The position numbers were made by a program, and so were the translations under genes. This document shows positions 44,105 to 49,548 of a stretch of DNA of 49,548 nucleotides, piece after piece. The notes under the pieces are model-generated. The model was given only the letters and a program-made list of their open reading frames with translations. It did no database searches and was not told the origin of the DNA. The stretch lies in the NCBI GenBank assembly GCA_030753015.1, contig JASMDC010000026.1, forward strand, positions 1-49,548. The letters are read 5' to 3'. The DNA is from Candidatus Undinarchaeales archaeon. GTDB lineage: Archaea; SpSt-1190; JASMDC01. Every line of letters starts with the position of its first letter. The first letter of the stretch is position 1.

Positions 44105-44821
44105 TTAGTTCTGCTTTAGCAGCCAGCGCATAATATTCACCATGAGAAACTTGTTGTCCGCCTTGAGCAAGTGCTCGTTGGTGATCATGGAACCATCACC
44201 GAGCGCGATAACTCGTCCCTGACCGGACTCGGCTCCCACGATGATCGGAGGATAGCCCTCCTCCCCCTCATCCCGCGACATATCCATGTTTGCATCAGCG
44301 AAGTGGTGATCGCCGTATGCAAGGGTGAAGGCGTTGTCGCCATCGGCCCTAAGTGAACATCCTGCGAGGTAGAGGACCTCGGAAATCCCGCTCATGACAG
44401 GGTGGTCATTATCAACGACGATTGGAGTGTAGGCAGTGGGATCATCGGATTCCTCTGTGACATGGTCCGGATTGAATCCGATACCAAAAGCTGCCGCTAA
44501 AGGCGTGATATTGTCCTTATGGTTGAGGATGTTCCCGAGCTCCGCGACCAGGAGGAGCCCTCCACCGTTATCCACGAACTGTTTGAGCGTGGCGACCTCT
44601 GCCTCAGTGAATGGTTTCTGCGGTACATTGACCACTAACACTCCCGCGTTCGAGAGAGCACCAAGACTGAGTGCCGTACTTACCTCGAAGCCGTATTGTT
44701 TCAAGATATCCGCGAGGAGGGAGAGTCCCTCATCTTCCGTGTTCACGATGTGGAAATAGTCCCCATGTGACTCATCAAAAAGGATTGCCGTTCCACCCAT
44801 GTTGGTCCTTTTCTCGGGCAA
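44105..44821 (-). CDS. Stand-alone GIFT/DUF4350-like (class I glutamine amidotransferase-like fold) protein
   Basis: ILFDESHG, PQKPFTEAEVATLKQFVDNGGGLLL, HPVMSGI and GRVIALGDGSMITN...DN..LMVNIMRWL. Confidence 0.75.
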   Translation of the reverse strand: MPEKRTNMGGTAILFDESHGDYFHIVNTEDEGLSLLADILKQYGFEVSTALSLGALSNAGVLVVNVPQKPFTEAEVATLKQFVDNGGGLLLVAELGNILNHKDNITPLAAAFGIGFNPDHVTEESDDPTAYTPIVVDNDHPVMSGISEVLYLAGCSLRADGDNAFTLAYGDHHFADANMDMSRDEGEEGYPPIIVGAESGQGRVIALGDGSMITNEHLLKADNKFLMVNIMRWLLKQN

Positions 44822-44881
44822 TGCTTAAATCTTGAACCACGACTGCAAGCCTTCAAATTGGGGGGGCCCTAGCTCTTAGCA

Positions 44882-45220
44882 TCACTCGTTGAACAGCATC
44901 TCTTCGGCTTCCGGAGAGATCGGTTCTTCCTCCTCAGGATCACCGAACAGGTGGGGAGCATCATCAACTCGCTTCTGGACGCCGTAATAGAGTGCAATGA
45001 GATGTGAGCAGAAGCGAGAGTGGTCCGCTATGAACTCAGGGCACGTGCAAACGAACCTGTTGAACGGTAGGGTTAGGTCCTTGATCATACAGAAGAAGTC
45101 ATCTTTGTCAACGGAACAACCACCAAAGACCGTACGGGCATGGATATCGTGTATGACGGCACAACCCGATTTGAAGAAACGATGCCCTTCGAAGACATCA
45201 TCCATCTCTACTTCCGCCAT
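44882..45220 (-). CDS. SWIM zinc-finger protein
   Basis: CTCPEF-x7-CSHLIAL (CxC...CxH). Confidence 0.8.
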   Translation of the reverse strand: MAEVEMDDVFEGHRFFKSGCAVIHDIHARTVFGGCSVDKDDFFCMIKDLTLPFNRFVCTCPEFIADHSRFCSHLIALYYGVQKRVDDAPHLFGDPEEEEPISPEAEEMLFNE

Positions 45221-45277
45221 GTGGGCCTCTTTCCCGTGAAGACATTCATAAGTCTTTGTGTGACGCGAGGGGGGCGC

Positions 45278-46396
45278 TCAGAGTTCTTTTACACCGAAGC
45301 TCGTCCCTACTGAGATGGCGGTATCGAGGAGGTAATGGTCCCTGGGAACGAGTCGTTGCTTCCCGATGGTGTCGGCAAGCGGTGAGGACGTTATCTCACC
45401 ACCCTTTTCCGCGACAAGACGTCCGAACTTGCCCTGCGCGACGAGGTCAATCGCCTTTCTTCCGAACAAGGTTCCGAGCACACGGTCCCGTGATGATGGA
45501 GGCCCGCCCCGTTGAAGGTGGCCGAGCACGGTGACGCGTGATTCGATCCCGGTCCTTTCCTGGATACCATCAGCAACCACCTTCCCGATCCCACCTAGCC
45601 GGATCGGGTCCGCGCTGTCCTTGACTATACGCTTGACGACCTGTGTACCACCCGCGGGCCTTGCCCCTTCTGACACAACGATGATGGAGAACCGCTTCCC
45701 GTGACGGCTCCGATGGTCCACCACCCTACAGACCTCTTCAATATCGAAGGGTATCTCGGGGATGAGCAGGACGTCGCCACCGCCGGCGATACCGGCATGG
45801 AGGGCAAGCCATCCAGCGTTCCGACCCATGACCTCTACGACCATAGCACGATGGTGTGACATTGCTGTCGTGTGGATCCGGTCCAGAGCGTCAGTGATGA
45901 TACCAACAGCGGTGTCGAAGCCGAACGTGACATCGGTCCCTGCAAGGTCGTTGTCGATGGTCTTGGGGATGCCGATGATGTTCATACCGCGTTCTGCGAG
46001 CCTGCCGGCTATGGACTGGGTACCGTCCCCGCCTATCGTGATGACGGCATCGATATCAAGGTCCCGACAAGTATCGATCAAGACTTGAGAGACATCCTCC
46101 TTGATGAGCTTCCCGCCCTTTTCGACCGCGAAGGCGAATGGATCGGCCTTGTTCGATGTGCCAAGAATGGTCCCGCCGATGGATAGGATCCCTGATACAG
46201 TATCGTACGTAAGCTGACGGGTCCTTCCCTCGATGAGACCGAGGAAGCCATCCTCGATACCGATGACATCCCAGCCGTGTTCGACGATCGCGGTCTTCGT
46301 TACGGAACGGATCACGGCATTGAGGCCCGGACAGTCACCGCCTGCAGTGAGGACACCGATCCGCTCGATGTTATTATCGACCATGATGATACCCAT
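45278..46396 (-). CDS. pfkA: Bacterial-type 6-phosphofructokinase (PfkA family, probably ATP-dependent group III)
   Basis: GGDCPGLN, GGTILGTS, IGGDGT, PKTIDND, EVMGR and LGHLQRGG. Confidence 0.95.
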   Translation of the reverse strand: MGIIMVDNNIERIGVLTAGGDCPGLNAVIRSVTKTAIVEHGWDVIGIEDGFLGLIEGRTRQLTYDTVSGILSIGGTILGTSNKADPFAFAVEKGGKLIKEDVSQVLIDTCRDLDIDAVITIGGDGTQSIAGRLAERGMNIIGIPKTIDNDLAGTDVTFGFDTAVGIITDALDRIHTTAMSHHRAMVVEVMGRNAGWLALHAGIAGGGDVLLIPEIPFDIEEVCRVVDHRSRHGKRFSIIVVSEGARPAGGTQVVKRIVKDSADPIRLGGIGKVVADGIQERTGIESRVTVLGHLQRGGPPSSRDRVLGTLFGRKAIDLVAQGKFGRLVAEKGGEITSSPLADTIGKQRLVPRDHYLLDTAISVGTSFGVKEL

Positions 46397-46439
46397 ACGA
46401 AGGTGCGGGTGAACGCTTATATTCGTGATGGCGGGTTGC

Positions 46440-49400
46440 TCATTCCGACTGCCCGTCCAATCCCTGGGATCCCTCTGATCCGCGGGCCTCGCCCGTCATG
46501 TAACGATACCCGTAGTAGGATGCCGTTGCAGGCCTTGCCGTGTAAGGGCTGGGTGCGGTAGTACCAGAGGTGGCGGGGGATACCGTCGCGACCGTTCGTG
46601 GTGTAAGTTCCCTGAAGACTACCCTGATCCCAATCACAAGAACGATGAAGATAACAAGCCCAATGATGGCCAGACCGGGGATGTTCTTACCGGTAATGAT
46701 ATCCCACAGGAAGCTCTCCTGAATTGCCCTGAAGAGCTGGTTGCTAGAGCCAAAGGTTATCGTCACATGGCCTCCAGCAGTAGCAAGCTCGGGGAACGTC
46801 TCCGAAGTGACCACGATATCGATATCAGCAGTCCCGGCGCTTGATAGGAACGTGAGTGGGAGGAGGAATGCATGCTTGCCATTCGGCTTGATCGTCGGTA
46901 TCGGTACCTCGGTGAAACCCAGACGAGCATTGACGGTATTGATACGTACGATGTAACTGTCCGGGACATTACCAATGTTTGCGACCTGGACGGGGACGTC
47001 TATGTCAGGTGTGTCCATCACGTCATAGGTGCCCATGACATCGATGGAGACGGAACACGTGCAGTCCTCGCTCCCAGCGCAGGATTCACCGATAACCGTA
47101 TCGCACACGCCGTTAGCGCAGAAGATTGGTGCACAATCCCGCGAGCAGAAACTGCATTCGTGCGAAGCGCATATCCCGTCACCGCAGCCGGCCTTGCAGA
47201 GCTCCTCGTAGGCATCGCACACTTTTCCATCAAGGCACCCACAGTCCTGGCAACAGTTGCCCTCGTTCTCAGTGGGTCGATCACATATACTGTCCCCGCA
47301 CCGCACACCAACGCACCCCGTCGAGTCAGCGTCGGTCCTGTGTGGATCACAGACGTGGAGGGGGCCATCGCATGCACACCCGGGACCTGTCCGGCAATCC
47401 TCGATAAGGGTATTGCATCGCTTTACGGTCGGGCACCCGTCCCTCAGGTCAGGCTCACGGGGGCATTCTTCGTCGCCGTCTGGCACGCCGTCGCCATCGA
47501 TATCACGTCGGCAGGTACCCTGAGAGCATGTATAAAGTGGTCCATAGATGCTCGTGCACTCAGAGTGCGCTGTGCAAGGGACGCACAGACCGCGTTCACA
47601 CACTTGGCCTTGTTCTTGGCAGACCTTGACATTGGATACGACGCAACGCTCGCTCAAGCATGAGAATTTGAGGGCAAGAGCTCCGCGGCATGCAGCGGGG
47701 CACTCATTGTCATTCAGGCATGGGAATCCCTTTCGCTGCGGGTCCGGATCTATCTGATCCGGGATGCTGTCATGGTCAATATCGGGCACGCATCCTCCTT
47801 CGTCCGCATGATCGCTCCACGGATCGCACACGCTTCCCTCGGAACACCTACAATCGGGACACCAGAGACAGTTCTCGCCGGCATCTTTCCTGCACACTCC
47901 ATCGATACATGTCTGGACACACCGCTCCTCGATACATGTATGCCCAAGACCGTAATCGAGGATGCAGACAACATCCGAGTCACAGCCCGCGCATCCACTC
48001 GTTGTGCATATGGTACCATCCTTGCAAGTATAATCCTCTCCCTTCTTACAGAGGAAGTCGTCACACACGAATGGGACGAACACGTTGTCCTCGCACAGGT
48101 TCGGACAGTTGTCGTTGTTCGTACATTTGAGGACCCGACACGCGCCACTGACAGGTTCGCATTGTTTACCTTCTCCGTACTGGGCCGCGCAAGCCTCGGT
48201 CGATGTACACGCCATGCACCCCTCCTTCTCGCAAACGAGATAGGAATCAGAGCACTCGCGGTCACGTCTCTCGCAAGATCCGCCGATGCATGCGTACCCG
48301 ATATGCAGTGTCCCTTCACACTTGTTGAAACGGGAGCAGTCCCCGTCGTTCAGGCAAGGACCACAGGAGCCAGCACGGCAAAAGAGCATTTCCGTCGAAC
48401 AATCCCGTGTTCCTGAATCGACGCAGGCACCGTCCCTGCAATCCTTGAGCTGAGCGGTGTTTCCGTCACATGAGCCTGGGCACGGGAACATGTCGATGCA
48501 CACGCCTGTCGTGGAACACGAGCCGAGCCCACTTTCGGCACAACATGTTGTGTTCCCAGGTCCGCACCGCCATGAACCTCCGACGCAGCGCACTGTGTCG
48601 ATGCATGACTCCGAGCCACAGCTGGCGTACGGAGGGATCCCTCCGAGCCTGTCGCCGAGACTGATGCATTTACCATCACAGCAATACCCTGTCGAGTCCA
48701 GGGTATCGCAGGGTGCACCTTCGGGTCCGCACGCCTCCTTACAGAGACCGTCCGCACAGAAAGGCATATCACAATCTGCTCGGGTGATGCACGGACGAGC
48801 TGCCCGGCAGGTACCTGCAGCACAGATACCGGAAGCGCACTGGCAGTCGAGGAGGCAGGACCCACTGTCGGGAATCACTCCCGCAATGACACAGGCCTTT
48901 TCGACACAACAATCCGAAGCGCAGGTCTCAGGATTGAGACAGAATCCCGAGAGGTCCCGAAGGCAGGTCCCCTTGCGGTTATTGCACTTGAGTCCCTGTT
49001 CACATGAGCAGTCGTCCGAACAGGAACCATCAAGGCCGACTGAGCTCTTGACGGTGCACACTCCCTTCGATGCGCACCCGGATGCACACTCGGCGTGGCC
49101 GGTGGCATTGGTGCCGAGCACCCCAAGGCACGTCCCGCCGGTACATTCGAGCCCAGTGATGCAGTCGTTGTCGATTCTGCATGGCTGAGCGAGCGTTTGC
49201 TCACCGCGATCCTTACAGGTGCTTCCTTTGCAGACCCCGGAGCCGCACTGTTCACCCGAGTCGCACGCTACACCGGTCTTCTTGAGGCACTTACCTCCAG
49301 TACATTCCATGGTCAAGCTGCACTGGCAGTCATTTGAGCACGTACTGTCGAGGTCGACCGTTTCCCTTGGCACGCACGTAGCGGCTGCACAGCAGGACGT

Positions 49401-49547
49401 TGCGCAGTCCTTATCGAGGGAGCAAGTGCCACCGGTCGTTGCAAGACAAATGCCGGAATCATCGGTGATGAACTCCTTGACACACGAGTGTCCCGTACCG
49501 CACTCACAGGTCTCCCTACACAGGTCACCGGACACGACCGAATCCTT
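46440..49547 (-). CDS. Large Cys-rich membrane-anchored surface protein, 5'-partial (continues beyond the window)
   Basis: The frame is open to the window edge. It has many C..D.DC..G.C (Dickkopf-N-like) repeats, two TSP3-like Ca-binding motifs (DIDHDSIPDQID, DIDGDGVPDGDE), CGDGIC modules, a NIGNVPDSY Ig-like domain, a TM and a Tyr-rich tail. Confidence 0.88.
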   Translation of the reverse strand, partial: KDSVVSGDLCRETCECGTGHSCVKEFITDDSGICLATTGGTCSLDKDCATSCCAAATCVPRETVDLDSTCSNDCQCSLTMECTGGKCLKKTGVACDSGEQCGSGVCKGSTCKDRGEQTLAQPCRIDNDCITGLECTGGTCLGVLGTNATGHAECASGCASKGVCTVKSSVGLDGSCSDDCSCEQGLKCNNRKGTCLRDLSGFCLNPETCASDCCVEKACVIAGVIPDSGSCLLDCQCASGICAAGTCRAARPCITRADCDMPFCADGLCKEACGPEGAPCDTLDSTGYCCDGKCISLGDRLGGIPPYASCGSESCIDTVRCVGGSWRCGPGNTTCCAESGLGSCSTTGVCIDMFPCPGSCDGNTAQLKDCRDGACVDSGTRDCSTEMLFCRAGSCGPCLNDGDCSRFNKCEGTLHIGYACIGGSCERRDRECSDSYLVCEKEGCMACTSTEACAAQYGEGKQCEPVSGACRVLKCTNNDNCPNLCEDNVFVPFVCDDFLCKKGEDYTCKDGTICTTSGCAGCDSDVVCILDYGLGHTCIEERCVQTCIDGVCRKDAGENCLWCPDCRCSEGSVCDPWSDHADEGGCVPDIDHDSIPDQIDPDPQRKGFPCLNDNECPAACRGALALKFSCLSERCVVSNVKVCQEQGQVCERGLCVPCTAHSECTSIYGPLYTCSQGTCRRDIDGDGVPDGDEECPREPDLRDGCPTVKRCNTLIEDCRTGPGCACDGPLHVCDPHRTDADSTGCVGVRCGDSICDRPTENEGNCCQDCGCLDGKVCDAYEELCKAGCGDGICASHECSFCSRDCAPIFCANGVCDTVIGESCAGSEDCTCSVSIDVMGTYDVMDTPDIDVPVQVANIGNVPDSYIVRINTVNARLGFTEVPIPTIKPNGKHAFLLPLTFLSSAGTADIDIVVTSETFPELATAGGHVTITFGSSNQLFRAIQESFLWDIITGKNIPGLAIIGLVIFIVLVIGIRVVFRELTPRTVATVSPATSGTTAPSPYTARPATASYYGYRYMTGEARGSEGSQGLDGQSE

Positions 49548-49548
49548 T

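Noticed and set aside
425-49337. Long antisense or alternative-frame ORFs (e.g. 425-1120, 2456-3484, 28960-30270, 34166-35074, 36739-37776, 48457-49188)
   Set aside because: They are shadows of recognisable genes in GC-rich DNA. Their Ser/Gln/His-rich composition mirrors the Glu and Cys codons on the coding strand.
1-49548. Genome-wide TAG or TGA recoding (pyrrolysine or selenocysteine)
   Set aside because: TAG ends genes at natural C-termini (SHOCT protein 10169, transposase 38496, methyltransferase 40500). The Cys-rich ORFs of up to 6.5 kb have no in-frame TGA.
1-49548. CRISPR array, tRNA or rRNA genes
   Set aside because: I saw no regularly spaced 25-40-bp repeats with unique spacers and no cloverleaf or rRNA-like segment. 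All tandem repeats are in-frame coding.

Overview
This window looks archaeal: TATA-like boxes sit about 22-29 nt before leaderless ATG/GTG starts, and there are GGAGG/GGTGA Shine-Dalgarno sites, class III signal peptides and an archaeal-type metallophosphoesterase. A DPANN-like lineage is only an inference from the style of the Cys-rich surface proteins. The left part (1-10 kb) carries a larE-larB-larC2-pfkB nickel-pincer cofactor operon, a candidate structured sRNA, two tandem NapA-like antiporters, a thioredoxin, speD and small membrane or Zn-finger genes. The centre (10.2-36.6 kb) is a ~26-kb locus of secreted, disulfide-rich proteins. It encodes a membrane-anchored Cys-rich protein, a membrane-tethered wHTH regulator with a paralogous ectodomain, a triple-Kazal multidomain protein, an Ig-like protein and a class III prepilin-like protein. 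It also encodes two ~2,100-aa paralogs built from ~15 copies of an 8-Cys CX3C/CX2C repeat, plus a third paralog and a diverged relative of their core domain, both broken at one junction (~35,517). An intact IS1634-family element follows (36722-38525, 28-bp TIRs, TCTAAA target duplication, operator-like palindrome over its own promoter). The right part has a phosphoesterase, a methyltransferase, a rhomboid with a coiled-coil insert, MscS, a second prepilin-like gene, an atypical REC-PAS protein, a GIFT/DUF4350-like protein, a SWIM protein, a bacterial-type PfkA and the 3' part of another large Cys-rich membrane protein. I saw no rRNA, tRNA or CRISPR array. All family calls come from motif recognition by eye; no searches were run.
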